A stretch of DNA of 64,000 nt from Eledone cirrhosa (GCA_964016885.1 OZ024740.1:98828001-98892000); one strand, 5' to 3'. Shown: positions 13,015 to 26,569, counted from the stretch's first letter. The notes: generated by a model not told the origin, from the letters alone. Made by a program: numbers and translations.

Positions 13015-14870
13015 GTTGGTGTGGTAAATGGGGGAGGGGGGGCAGAGACAAGGAGGGAAAGAATGGGGTTAAGGAGACAAAGATTAGTGCAGTAGGGCAG
13101 TTGCAGATGGAGAAAATGGAATGGTCAGAGGGTGTCGGGTTTGTGGATTTGGGGGAGGAAGTAGATGGTGAGGTGCGGACAACGATGTAGGTGGAAGTGG
13201 GAGGTAGAAGGAGACGAGGTGTTGGACGGTGGAGGAAATGTGTTGCTGGTAGAGGGTAGGGTGGTAGAAGTGGGGGTTGCACAGCTTCCTGAGGGCCTCA
13301 GCTGTGTAGAGGTCAGTGCGCCACACCACGACGGTGCCTCCCTTGTCCGCTGGTTTGATGATGATGTCATCATGTTTATGGAGGGAGCGGAGAGCAAGGA
13401 GTTCAGCCTGGGTGATGTTACTCCGTTTGGAGCGGTAGCGGAAGTCAAAGCGATTTATTGCGCTACGGTAGGCATCGACAAAAGCGTCCAGAGTGCTAAA
13501 CTTTCCAGGGGCCAGCATCGGTTAGGATGGTTGTCAGCCCAAGTGAGGACGCAGTCTAGGGCGTCTGGAACCAGTGGAGTGTTATAAAATTGCTTTGTAG
13601 CTTGGTGCATTGCACGAACTGCTCGACATCCGCTCGAGTGCAGAACTCATCGATGTATGGGGTGTGAGGTTTGAAGCACAGTCCTCTACTAAAGTGTGAA
13701 CGTTCAGGTTCAAAGAGGGGGAGGTCGGGGGTATGGTGACACAAGAGGAAGGTGGAGGGGTAGGTTGTGTGGAAGAGGTGGATGCGTGGTTAGTGGAGTG
13801 GGCGTTGTGTGGGGGCAGGGCGTATAGATTTAGGTGGAGGTGGAGGGATCTCAGAGGTGGGAGTGAGTTGAGTTTGTGGAGTTTGGTGGAGGTGATGAAG
13901 GAGAAGAGATCGTTATTGAAGAGAATGATTGAGTGGGCGAGGAGGGGTGGCAGGTGGCGCAGAGGCAAAGGGGGATTTGGGGTAGATTACTGTCGAGCTT
14001 GCAGATGGTAGAGAGGGAGGAGCAGAGTGAGGCCTGCATGAGGAGACAAAAGGAGAGGGTAAGAATGTGTTGGATTGAGGTTGATGAGAGGGGAAGATGT
14101 GGAAGTGGAATTGGAATCCGTGGGGGATGAGGTGGAGATGGAGGAAGATGCTGAGGAGTTCGATGTGGCTGAAATGCTGGGTCTTAGCGAAGAGGAGGTA
14201 GGAGTGGTGGAGCGTGGCTTGGAGGTAGCAGAGCAGGAGGAGAGGGGTGAGGAAGAGTTTCAGGTGGGTGTGGAGTTGGTGGAGGAAGGATTTCAAGTTA
14301 GGCATGGTGGGGATCTGGTGTCCAAGGGGAGACGGTGGTAAAAAAAAAACCAAAGCAAACAAAAAGGTGGAAAGTAAAGGGAGGGAAACATGATAATGCA
14401 AAAAAGATAATACTAAGGAGAAGGAAATGAAAATAAGGCAATTAGGAAATAAAACAGAAAAAAACGAAAAAAAAATCAAAAATATCTTTAGACGAAAATC
14501 AAGAGATGAGTAACGGTAAATTGTAGCGGTGTTAAGCCAGTTATGAATATCCTCAGGGAGAAGATTGGTGGATCAGTGATGACCTGTTGCAATCCAATCC
14601 TAGGTAATTCCAAGTCGGTGAAGTAGGAGACCGTATAAGTGTGGTGAAATAGTTCAAAAGGACAAATAAACAAACAAACGCAGGAATCATAGAGTACATA
14701 GTGTTATTACTTTCACTCTTGGTGAGAATGGGAGAGGTTATGACGTTACGGACATAATTCCTTCATCAGGAGGCTGGGAGGAACACAGAGAGGGAGTGAG
14801 GAGGGGAGTTAATAGGAGAAACATGGAAGAACAAGAAAAATAGAAATAAAAATAAACAAGAAAATATAAT
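13015..14870 (-). mobile_element. Penelope-like element, 5' part of ORF plus pseudo-LTR, frameshifted
   Basis: Minus-strand peptides HIELLS..LIPHGF, SRGLCFKP, SNITQAELLALRSL..DDIIIKPADKGGTVVVW, YFLPQIHKPD are the PLE N-terminus and start of RT. Decayed HHR CTGATGA-AGG..CC-GTAA-CGTC at ~14740-14770. Confidence 0.85.
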
Positions 14871-16637
14871 CGTCATCATCATCATTGAATGTTTGCTTTC
14901 CCTGCTAGCAAGAGTTGGACAGGTCTACATAGACCAAGTCAGTACTAAAGTGGGGTTACTGACTGTTCAGATAGGCCAGAGTGTCTGTATCTTGCCTACA
15001 TATGGTCTCTTATTCGATTGAGGGAGAAAGGAGGGATGTCATTCCATGGCACTACTGTAGGGTCTGCCAACACTTTCTAGGGCAAGCATTCTATGGCTGG
15101 ATGTGCTTCCTATCACCAACCTCTTTACAGCATCTACTGAGTGCGTTTATCATTTAGACTGACACAACTAGAGAGGCTGTCATGTCCTTCATATGACTGA
15201 AGGGCTCTCCCAACCCTTACAGTTACATGCATACCTGCACACGCGCGCACGCACACACACACACGTGTACATAGATATATATGAAATGTAATCTAAGTGA
15301 AATGTCCCCAAAACAGGTTAATTTATGTTTTAAACTAACTCTCCAAAAGAAACAACATTAAACAACATTATTGAACAGGGAACCAAATATCAGTGAAATT
15401 AGAGGTGAATATTTATAAATTAAAGCTCGTACATTTTGGCAAATATTTGTTTGTTTATATGCCCTGACAATGAGTGTGTAGCATATTTCGGTGATGCTAG
15501 AGATGTTAACAGAAACAAAACAACAAAAACAGCCATCATATATTTCTAAAATAGAAAAAGATTGCTAAGCTATGAAAACAATCGGTCCTGTGACAATGTT
15601 TATCTCATGCAAACAAAAAATAAACACTTCACCAACAAAGAGTGCTTCATAGAATAGAAATTATATTTGGATACAGTACAAACAAATTGATAACGTTCAA
15701 ACAAGACTTGAGAGCCATGAGAAATTCCATTTTCAGAAGAGAGTGTCTGAAATGAAAATGATGAATAAGATATTCAATTGAAACCAAATATCAGCCTACA
15801 GTAATATGAGGGTCGAATCAATATATGCCATTAAGGCTTTCTCCCAGAAAGATTCTTTCTGTAGAAAAATATGGGCTGAGGAAAAGAAGTTTGACCAAGA
15901 TGAAATATAGTTGAAAGAAATCCAAATGAACTATTGCCCCTACATTACATCAAAAACATACAGCGTTAGTTGAGATTGTGATAGGAAAACTTTAAGTAAA
16001 GAATGCATCCGTATGAAGCTTGATTGTCAGCTACTGGTGTAAAAAAATATGACTTTCTAATGGCTGAATCTTACCAAACCCTAGTAGCAAGGTCTCGAGG
16101 AAGATATACATATTATACATTTGTTTGTATACAATATCTGCTAATACCATTTGTTTGTTGGTATTAGTAGAGACAAGATTGGTTCCCCCAAAACAATGAA
16201 CCCCATTTGACAAATACCAACTTTATTACATGCCAGAATGTAAGGTCTAGAATGTATACAAACAATCTGGAACTATTCCTTCAGAATTACTGTGTCAATT
16301 ATAATATCATCATAGATGAGCAATCAGTTGGGAAGAAATAAGTTTGGTGGTGTACTGAGCAACTCCTAATTATGAAAACTGCAATGTTAGAGATGCAGCA
16401 AAATAGTAAGACCTTGGTTACAATCTGGCTTGACAACAAGAAATTATTAGATTCTGTTTCCCACTCTTGGATTCTAGAGGCCCTTAGGCTCTCTATGGCT
16501 CTGATAATGGTATCTGGGATTTAGTAAATCAATCTTATTTCTCGGCCATTATTCTGAAATTAAATACAGAGGATGACTGATTGTATTGCCACTGGAAAGA
16601 GAGTATCACAGGAGTACATTTCAAGGAAATATTCTCT

Positions 16638-16864
16638 TTAACCCTTTAGCATTTAAACTGGCCATATCCAGCCAGAATTCTCTCACCTGTTTCTGTTCAG
16701 AATGACCGTAATCGGCCACACATACAGTCACTATGGTATTTTTCTCAAATAAATAACATAAAAATCTCATAGATTCAATATTATGTGAGATGATCATGTA
16801 AGATAAAGCGTTTACCACAAAATACAATAGTAAATATAGAGTAATGTAAATGTTAAAGGATTAA
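16638..16864. mobile_element. piggyBac-like MITE (TTAA-flanked)
   Basis: TTAA|CCCTTTAGCATTTA ... TAAATGTTAAAGGA|TTAA. Homologous copies at 27310-27541 and 30193-30408. Confidence 0.7.
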
Positions 16865-18034
16865 AACTATATATACTGACAGTAAAACCCTTGTCTTTTA
16901 GCCGATGAAAGACAAAGTGTATGTAATTGGTTCACAGAGGTCAGAAACAGTAACATAACACATAGCTTCTTTGTGGACAATCTGAAAGTGAATGCCAAGA
17001 ATATAAATGGTATGGAGATAAACTTTGACCTGGATACAACATTCTCAAAAGAGATGATTAATGTTCCTATATGATTGTAAAGTGAGGAAATATTCCAAGA
17101 CAATCTAACAACATATCTATCACTGGCCTAATTATTTCAATTGTACCTGGCAAGAACTGCTAGAGATATTGATGAAAATATATCCTATGATGGAATTTGG
17201 AACAAGTAATTAAAGAATGTAACGTGGATTAGAAGAAAAATATAGCCTTCAGAACCCTCTGCACACTATAAATTAATGGACCACATTGTGGTTGCTGTAC
17301 CTGTATTAATACCAACATTTTCACTATTTGACTGGTTGCTAGATAAGATCTGCGCCATCAATGTTAAACCTCAAAATCTAACTGGCACAGAAATATCCAC
17401 ATCAACAGTGACGATAACTGCTCTACCTAAATTGTAAACAGCATTTTAATGTCACCTCATATCCCTTCAACAACATTTATTAACCACAAGCATAGAAGCT
17501 CATCCATAGACCAAGTCGTCTACATGAAGTAGATAACATGGAATTAGCACAGCACCACAACGAATCCATGAAGGAAAGATTGCATGCTTATCAGTAAAAT
17601 TTCATGCACATAAAATTTAATAAACAAAATAGTTTATCTTGGACCAACAACTGGCATATTAGCTTTCACTTTTAAGGAAATGCTTTTGCAATCCACTAAC
17701 AGTAAATAACAATGAGATACCCAATGCATAAAAGAGATAGGGATGAAGCAAAACACCTAGATGTGATAACAGGTACATACTCTGCAGAACAAACATCAAC
17801 AATGTTACCCACATCTTCAGCAGGTGTTCAAAGATCATCAGGATGCGTTCTACCTATGAGGCCAACACACTATGCAATTCGTTGAAAGTCTTGAGAATAA
17901 AAATGTAAAAACTTAGTGATATGGGATGTTTCCTCAGAGAAATAACAACCCAACCAGGAACTGGATATATCAGAGTATTGACGGAGTTAAACACTTCAAC
18001 AACGTGTGTACCTGTCTCTACCACACCAATTCGG

Positions 18035-18089
18035 ACTGCCTGAAGAGGTCACAGCCAAAGATGGCTGTCACCGAAATATATATAGCAGT
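18035..18089 (+). ncRNA. Type I hammerhead ribozyme motif, probably in the pseudo-LTR of a highly decayed PLE
   Basis: ACTGC-CTGAAGA-GGT(C)ACAGCCA-AAGA-TGGCTGT(C)ACC-GAAA-TATATA-TA-GCAGT. Perfect 5-bp stem I, long stem II, palindromic stem III. Confidence 0.85.
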
Positions 18090-18250
18090 ACAACTTTAAT
18101 AAACAAAGCCAAATTTTAAATATTTGACTTAATTATTTTATTTTACATTACTCCGGAATAACCAAACCAACCTGCGTACTTCGTCGAGTGCTCCAATCTG
18201 CATACTGAGTTGTCGGTAAACAACCAACATATACTCAATATATATATATA

Positions 18251-21058
18251 GGAACAAGTATGAGCCTGACGGCAGAGCTGAAGCCGTTTAGAAGGCTAAT
18301 TCTGGACTAAATAAAATTGTTTAGCCTGGTAAATAAATAGCCGAACTTCTCAGGGGGTAATTCCGTATATGGGAAGATAGTAATTGTCAAAAGGATTGGT
18401 CAAAAATTTGTTGTAAAGACAGATGATTATATCATGGCATTTGGTGGGAGGTAGGGGTAGCTGAACTTGCAGGTAGAACAAAGAGGGAGTGGGGGAAACC
18501 CAGTAAGGCGTTGAAAGTGAAATCTATACAGCAGATTCTAAGGATAGTGAAAAGAATGTCGAGAAAAGTGTACTGGAGAAGGGATGGGGGGAGTTGAAAG
18601 AATAGGTAAATCGAAAGGGAGTAAACAAAAAAACGCATTATAAAAATAAGGAAATAAATATATAAAAAAAAAAAATTTCTGGTTACTACTCCATTTCCAC
18701 AATCCCCAAATCTCTCATTGGTATTTCTAAGCTATAGAAAAGTTTAATAGGTGGAGAAAAATACTAAATACGAGATTGTAGTGAAAGAATTTTATAAAGC
18801 TGGCTTTACTGGGGGTCTAACACCACTGCTATAGTTGGTTAGTAATCAGCCAATGCTATCTTACAATGACAGGTTAATAAGTTGAGAACAAAAATACTAA
18901 TACAAAATATTAATTCAGTGTACAATTACAGAAATACTAATACAAAAATACCACTAAGAAATTTAGAAACCACAGAAATGGAGCAGCAACCAGAAAGAAA
19001 ACAATTTACTGGGGTCTAACACATCTGCTATAAAAAGCGTAATCGGCCAATTCTATCTTAAAATTAGGGGGGTGGGGTACAGAGGCTACAGACGACCGAT
19101 GGACTGCATCGGGGTAGGCGAAAAAGTGGGAAAAAAAGACAAGGAAGCAGATCAGGGGTGGAAGGACTAGGAAGAGATGGGGGGAAGAAGGAAATATAGA
19201 GGAAAAGATAAAAAGGTTACATCTACCTTTGTAAGCGGGGGTTACCCCTTACAAAATCGGCAAGTGGGGTGTTTCAGCCCTTGTCTACCCCCCCCCCCCC
19301 GGGTCATTATGGGGTTTGAGGGCGAGGTAAGTCCTATGCAATCTGTGTTTGCATGCAGTTACCACTTCGTCTTTCTTGTTTAGGAGTTGGTCCTTCGAAA
19401 GCAGCATTTGTAATGTTTCCTCCGAGCATAAGTTACACGGACGGCGTCCTCCCGTGTAAGAGTTAGCTCTGTACAGTAAGCTCCAAGTGAGATTGTAGGT
19501 TATATTATTATCTTTGAGGTCCCAGGCGTGGCCCGAAAATGTAGTGGCATGACGCCGGGCCGGGTTTCGGAAAGTATGTCAGTGTAGGTAGAGCCGGGTC
19601 TTGAAGTCACAAGCGGTTAATCCTATATAAGCTTTGTTGGAGGTGTCCGTCCTCACGTTGCACTGGTAGATCACATTACGATCTCGGCATCTGTTGTTGA
19701 GGTGGCAAAGGGATCTATCAGGACAGTTAACCTCCTGGTCGGCTCACCACTGCTGTCTAGGTTATTTCTTCTATAGGGTTGAGTTTTTTGTTGTTAGAGG
19801 AGACGATGTTTTGTGCGAAGTTAGGTGTGGTGCTATAGGAGAGTTTGATGGTGTTTTTGTTGATTATGTTGTGGTAGCGGTGTTGTAGTGGGAAGTGTTT
19901 TTCGATGAGCCTAAAGAAGATTTTCCCGTTAGGTGTTGTCACCTCAGCATTGTGGGGAGGATTGAACCACGTTACGTTGCGTGAGCGGCGGTGTCGCCTG
20001 CTGGTTCCGCTAATGGAAGCTGGATAATAGGGTATTTCCTCCCGGAAGCCACTCCGCTTGAGGGCCTGGTTGTAATAAGGCGCATGTTCGTCAATATCTG
20101 CTCATTAGCGGGCAAACGAGATATGCGGAGGGAGATGTTTTTAACCAGGTTATTGGTGATGTTTCTAGGATGGTTTGACCGGTGTTGGGTGTAATGCAGG
20201 TTGTCGTTTGGTTTCCTGTATGGGTAGTACAGATCATTATCGAGGTTAAGGGTAACGTCCAGGAAGTTTACTCGGATTAGGGACGTTTGTAGGGTTATTT
20301 TAAATCCCCAGTCGCGGAAGAAGCTGATTAATCGTTTACGGACCCGGTCTGTACTACTGGGGTTGTGCCCTTTGAGGGCGAGGAGCCTATCATCACGGTA
20401 CAATCAACCGCCGAATGCAGGAAACATTTAAATAGTAGTAATAATTCTATAAGATCTATGACCTCAGCCGACTCCGTCGCGCCCTTACTGACGTCGAAGG
20501 AGGAGTCAGATCTCTTTATCTATTTGGAGTTGTCAAAAAGTAGGACTGTCTTCCTGGCGTGGAGGATGATATTTCTTTCCTGATCGGTGATGGGGTGAGT
20601 GTTTCGGCAAAGTCCAAGGCGGCCGTAAAGAGCGGTAAGGTAATTGATGCATAGTTGCTGCTCCATTACTGTGGTTTCTAAATTTCTTAGTGGTATTTTT
20701 GTATTAGTATTCTTGTATTAGTATTTCTATATTTGTATTCTGAATTAATATTTCGTATTAGTATTTTTGTCGTAGTATTTTACTATTTTTGTTCTCAACT
20801 TATTAACCTGTCATTGTAAGATAGCATTGGCTGATTACTAATTAACTATAGCAGTGGTGTTATAAAGCCGGCTTTATAAAATTATTTCACTATAATCTCG
20901 TAGTTAGTATTTTTCTCCACCTATTAAACATTTCTATAGCTTAGAAATACCAATGAGAGATTTGGTGATTGTGGAAATGGACTAGTAACCAGAAATTGTT
21001 TTTTTTATATATTTATTTCCTTATTTTTATAATGTCTTTTTTTGTTTATTCCCTTTCG
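18251..21058 (-). mobile_element. Nematis-type Penelope-like element (RT C-half + GIY-YIG endonuclease), 5'-truncated with inverted pseudo-LTR
   Basis: Minus strand 20650-19320 gives YRDD, VNFLDVTLNL, YRKPND..SNHP, WFNPP, KHFP..NTIKLSYS, NVIYQC..AYIGLT..FKTR, CNLC, LLNKKDE..CKH. 18612-18990 is inverted at 20654-21058. Confidence 0.9.
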
Positions 21059-21123
21059 TCTAGCTAACTCGTCTCATAGACTGAGTGTTCTGCCACTACG
21101 CATATTACCATCCAGTGTTCTAC

Positions 21124-21125
<2 letters not shown>

Positions 21126-21209
<84 letters not shown>
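21126..21209. repeat. (CT)n(TA)n microsatellite
   Basis: Direct reading. Confidence 0.95.
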
Positions 21210-21214
<5 letters not shown>

Positions 21215-21351
21215 TAAAGAATTCATATCTAGTAACATATATATACATACAGATGCATATCAATGCTAGCAAATATATAGGTTTTGTCTTAATAACAGTG
21301 TGGTTCAATGCATGGGGTTGTAGAACAATAATATAAGAGACATGAGAATAG

Positions 21352-21434
21352 ACTTTCCTGACGACGGAATGCTTCTCAATATTATTCTTCAGAAAATATA
21401 TTTACTCCATTCCAGAAACTAATTAGTTGGAAGT
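21352..21434 (+). ncRNA. Type I hammerhead ribozyme motif (523-bp family, copy 1)
   Basis: ACTTTC-CTGACGA-C-GGAATG...CATTCC-A-GAAA-CTAATTAG-TT-GGAAGT. Confidence 0.8.
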
Positions 21435-21874
21435 GATGTTTTAGTAAGTAAGTTAATTTTATAATTTTCTTATTTTACGTCTCTTATATTATTGTTCAGC
21501 AACCCCATGCATTGAACCACACTGTTATTAAGACAAAACCTATATATTTGCTAGCATTGATATGCATTTGTATGTATATATATGTTACTAGATATGAATT
21601 CTTTATTATTATCTCCAAATTATTTGTCGAGCAATATTGGCCATGACTGCTGCTACGGTTGTAGGCAGGTCGCTGTCTTATTAGCAAACCACTTTCCACT
21701 GATTGACCTCGATGTCACGTGTTCGATTCTTTTTGAATTTGCCACAGACGTAGAGGCAGTGATTTTCTCAATGGCTTGGAATTCAGTCCACGCTTCGCTA
21801 TTTCCTATCCACTGAATTATTTTTTAATAAGTTTCCAGTGTCCTCGCTTTGCCTGGAAACTTACATGAGAATAG

Positions 21875-21957
21875 ACTTTCCTGACGACGGAATGCTTCTC
21901 GATATTATTCTTCGGAAAATATATTTACTCCATTCCAGAAACTAATTAGTTGGAAGT
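21875..21957 (+). ncRNA. Type I hammerhead ribozyme motif (523-bp family, copy 2)
   Basis: Same motif as copy 1; the two differences fall in the stem II loop region. Confidence 0.8.
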
Positions 21958-22005
21958 GATATTTTAGTAAGTAAGTTAATTTTATAATTTTCTTATTTTA
22001 CGTCT

Positions 22006-22090
<85 letters not shown>

Positions 22091-22311
22091 TTGTGTGTTT
22101 GTCTATATATGTATATTTGCATGCATAAATGAATAGACCAAGCTTTAAATTTAGTAGGATGTACAACCACTGGGGAATTAGTTGACCAAATACTTTGCTT
22201 AATTGATTTATTAATTTTTTTAAATTCTATTCTTTCTCTTAGACTTAAGGTATTTTTTGAAAGCAAAGCATTGGCCCCTAAAATACTACAGTGGGCGCGT
22301 GCCAGTCCGCT

Positions 22312-22373
<62 letters not shown>

Positions 22374-22377
22374 TATA

Positions 22378-24946
22378 TATAACCTTCTGAACTGGTTACA
22401 TTTTCTACGATGCGGAGATACTAACAATTTTATCTCAGGTGCCACTTCCGATTACAAAACATGACTTTCATGTGTACTGTTGGCAACGAGACAAAGTTGT
22501 TTATTTATAATAGTCCGCTGAGTTAATTTTTTTAATCACAGAAGGGTGTTCACCACATCTTCCCATTTGAGTTTTCGTCTTTTGGAAATTAATATTTTTT
22601 CTTTCTTTTTCCCCCACATCTCCTTCTGAGATTTACTTCCTTCGGAAGCTTAATATTTTTTCCGCTTCGGGACTACCTCCAACAATTCTGTCTGCTTTCT
22701 TTTTTTTGTGTTGGTACGTCTAGGTTAGATAATTTCTTGTGGAGCCGGAATAATCGTATATGTCATAGAGTACTACCTTAGGTACTTCTTTTCTTGTACC
22801 CTTTTCCTCAGCCAACTTTCGTTTTAGCTGATTGTGCCTTTTGTGTACCCATTTCAAACCTTGCACCATGTATATCATTTTACGGACGCGCTTTTTTTTT
22901 TATTACACCGTCTTCCCAAACTTCCTTTCCATTCCTATATTCTCCAATAAACACACCCCCAGGTTCGAAATATTTGGACGTAATATTGGTGTTTCTCCAG
23001 GTATTTATTTTACGTCCCGGCAATAGTTTACCAAAAACTGACCTAATCGTCTGGTAAACATCAGTTCAGCCGGTGACATGCCTGAATCGGTATTTGGGTT
23101 TAGCATTATTCAGTAAACCCTCAGGAATTAATGTAACAATACCTCCTTCACTTCCTCATTGTGAGATTTTTTTAGCGTCCTTATAAACGTGTTCACAAAA
23201 GTTCAGCTTGTCTGTTTGATCTTGGATGATATGGAGGAGTAGTGATATGGTCAATTGTAAACATTTTGCTATAATTCTTTAATTCACTTGCAGTAAATTG
23301 GCTACCGTTATCAAAGACTATCGTGTCAATTACACCAAACCTTGCAAAAAGTTTGAGTAGAAAATTCACTGTTCCTGTGGAAGTCGGTTTTCTACATTTA
23401 CATATCTCTGGACATTTTGTGTAACTGTCCACAACTACTAGATAATACGACCCTTTAACGGTCCTGCAAAAATCTATGTGTAACCTGATCCATTGAATGT
23501 CAGTCTAGAGTCAGGTTGAAATCTTTTAGGTAGTCATTTCACTGCAACAGCACATTCTCTGCAGGATTTCACTAACTTCTCAATATCTAGGTTCATTTTT
23601 TGGCCAGTAAACAACTCCTAGAAATTCCTGGATGTTCAGTGTGGAAATCATTTAACATTCGTGTTTGTAGTGAAACATTCATTAAGACTGTGCATACATA
23701 AATACATCACCACATATCGAATACGAGTTCGAATCCATGTTACATCCAGGAACACGTATGTTTTTCGTCTGATCTCACTATTTTCTTCATTTTAATAATA
23801 AACTCGACCTTTTCTGTCTTAATTTTTATTTCAGCAGTGACAACCGTGTCTTCTAGTGGTTCACTATATTTTTGTATTAATCTCGATAAACCATTCGCAT
23901 GTCCCTATTTTTTAGGTGGCAAATAATCCATCTTGAAATCGTAATTCATTAGTATCATTCAAAAAGCACTGCAATCTGTTGGCTGTATCAGTGGGAATAC
24001 CCTTTTTTAAACCGTAGATCGACAATAATGATCGACAATAATGAGCTGTGTTCTGTTAGTAATCGGAATCGTCTTCCATGTATGAATTTATGGAATTTTT
24101 CTACCGCAAATATGATGGCTAATGTTTCCTTCTCTATCCAACTATAGTTTTTTTTTCAGCAGTCAATAAAGAACCCGAAGCATTAGCTATAGCTTTTAAA
24201 CTTCCATCTTATTTGTGTAAAATCACAGCACCTAATACCAGTCGCAGCTGATGCCACCATAATTTCTAATTTTGGGTCAAAATTTGATGACAAATCGGAA
24301 GTTAGGATGCTTTTAATTTCGTCAAAAATTTATACCACTTCTCCGAGCAGTTCCATTTAATAACTTTTTTAACAGGTTATATAGAGGTCCTCTTAAATCA
24401 TGCATATTTGGTATGTATACCTGGTAGTAATTTGTGAGTCCTAAATATGCTTGTTACGTTTTAATGTTTGTCGGGGGGGGCTTATTTTTTATTGCACTCG
24501 TCCGTTTTTGTCAATACTTTGCCACAGGTATTTTATTCTTTGCATAAAAAATTGCATTTTTCATCGCTGAGCGTAAAACCATAATCTTTAATATTTTTCA
24601 AAACCTTTTTAACATGCCTTTGTTTTATTTATTGCTGCTTTTGTTGTTCTTGTAACTGCACCACGGCGGCTAAAAAATCCTCCATGCTAAGGTTATTTTT
24701 TGTTTTTGTTTCGTGCAAAGATAATCCACAGGCCAGAGCAAGATTCGAATACCTCCTGGCCACATTTATAACCCTTTGAACTGGTTATATTTTCTATGAT
24801 GCAGGGGGACTAACAATTTTATCTCGGGTCTAACTTCCGACTACAGACCGTAAGACTTCCAAGCGAGACTCCAACGAGACAACGTTGCTTGTTTATAATA
24901 GTCCACAGAGTCAATGTTTTTTAATCCAAAAAGGGTGTTCACCACA
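22378..24946 (-). mobile_element. Ty3/Gypsy LTR retrotransposon, decayed, gag/protease deleted
   Basis: Diverged ~180-bp direct repeats at 22378-22557 and 24767-24946, starting TGTGGTGAACAC on the minus strand. Purine tract GGGAAGA precedes the 3' LTR. PBS-like TGGCCAGGAGGTATTCGAATC follows the 5' LTR. Integrase core VDSYTK..LFARFG..DNGSQF..TPPYHPRSN at 23193-23432. RNase H remnant EKETLAIIFAVEKFHKFIHGRRF near 24070-24140. Confidence 0.9.
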
Positions 24947-25913
24947 ACAATATATATATATAATATTAATTAAAGATTAATTAGTCTCTAATACTTAAAC
25001 ATTCTATCTAAACTCACTTATGCATAGATCTCCCTACCGTGGTTTCATATGTGGGAGTGTTCGTATTGGAACTAAGAATAATTGACCAAGAAATCATACA
25101 TACTGTTTCATTTGCCGATGCTACTTTACTGCAGGACAATATATATATATAAGCAGTTTTTCAACAGAGGTAAAATATATATTACTATCCAAACTAGGTT
25201 GATATTTATCAACCTAGTTTGGATAGTAATAGGTAAAATCTGATCAAGGAGACCTATGATCAGAATCCTCCTCCTCCCTTCTTCAGATAAGGTGTCAAAC
25301 TCTATAATGCAAGGTATTTGACTTTTTAAAATATTTTTAACTGAAAATTGAAATTTGTGGGAAATGTTGATACTATTTCTAGTAGGTGGAATGATTAAGT
25401 AGAAGCTCACTTCAAACTTCTTACATGTGTGTGTATTGGACAAGGCTAGTTTTAAAAAAGCCCTCAGAATTGAACTCGGTTATAGTTGAATATGCTTTGT
25501 CAGCCATAGAAAGACAAAAGTTAAAATTGACCTTGATGGGTTTTAGAATAGGTCTACCATATCCCTGTGTATAAGAGGTTGACTACAGGAAGGAACTTTG
25601 ACAGTAAAGCACTGCCTCTAAATTGAATTTAGTAAGTTGAGAGACAAGATGTTTAAAAATATTTAGACTGGCAGGCTCACTTTCTTCTGCCTTCACACCA
25701 TAAACTTACTAATAATAGAAATATTCTATATTGAACCATCTTTTTTTCTCCCCATATCACTTGGAAGATTTCAAGATTCAATAATATCTTACTTAAAAAC
25801 ATTACTTTGTATTTTTTTTTTTTTTTTGCACCTAGTCATTTAGATCTGCAGTTCAATAATTGTGCAAGATTACCAATTCCCTTAGTATTTGATATATGTA
25901 TGTATGTATACAT

Positions 25914-25951
<38 letters not shown>

Positions 25952-26569
25952 AATAAACTAAGTGATAACAAAAATGATAATGATTAAACAACTAAAGATA
26001 ATAAAACATATCCCCAAACTTTACTACAATCCTCTTTCTATTTATACTGAGACTAAATACAATTCCTTTACTCTCCTCACCCACCAGCCCCCTTTTTTAC
26101 TTTTGTTTTCATGTCATTTCTGCCACAAATGGTAAGGAAGCATTGTTTGTCTCATCAATCTATCTGCCAATCAAATGTCATGTTTCCAGCCACTCTGCTA
26201 GTGCCATCATTTGTCTGGCTCTAATTCTCTTGACGATGATATACTAGTACTAGAAGCAACATATATTAAATACACACACATATATGTATAAATGTATGTG
26301 CAAGTGAGTGAGTGTAAGAGTGAGTGGTAAGTGCGTACATGTGTGTGTTTCCAAGCTGAAATGTATTCGGAATCAGATTTATCTTACTAGAGTCATCCGA
26401 AGACTTTATAGTTTAGATTTTACTTAATATATAATAATATTATCGTATAAATCATGATTAGTTTAAATAACGTGTGGTGTTGTTAGTGTGATTATAATGA
26501 TGCTTTGGCATTTTCTGTTCGGTGTTGTTAAAAACAACTGATGCCTAAAAACAATTACAAATACAATAT

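Larger units (their letters stand above)
21210..22010 (+). mobile_element. Non-coding HHR-bearing element (retrozyme-like), 523-bp unit, ~1.3 tandem copies plus inverted 5' arm
   Basis: 21340-21487 repeats at 21863-22010 (period 523). 21210-21341 is the reverse complement of 21479-21610. Both outer ends abut (TA)n. Confidence 0.85.

Noticed and set aside
16300-17990. Decayed PLE coding region upstream of the 18035 HHR
   Set aside because: Only faint motif resemblance across many frameshifts; not supportable without alignment.
22265-22316. Possible Helitron 3' end (GC-rich hairpin before TA repeats)
   Set aside because: Weak hairpin, no CTRR terminus and no 5' end identified.
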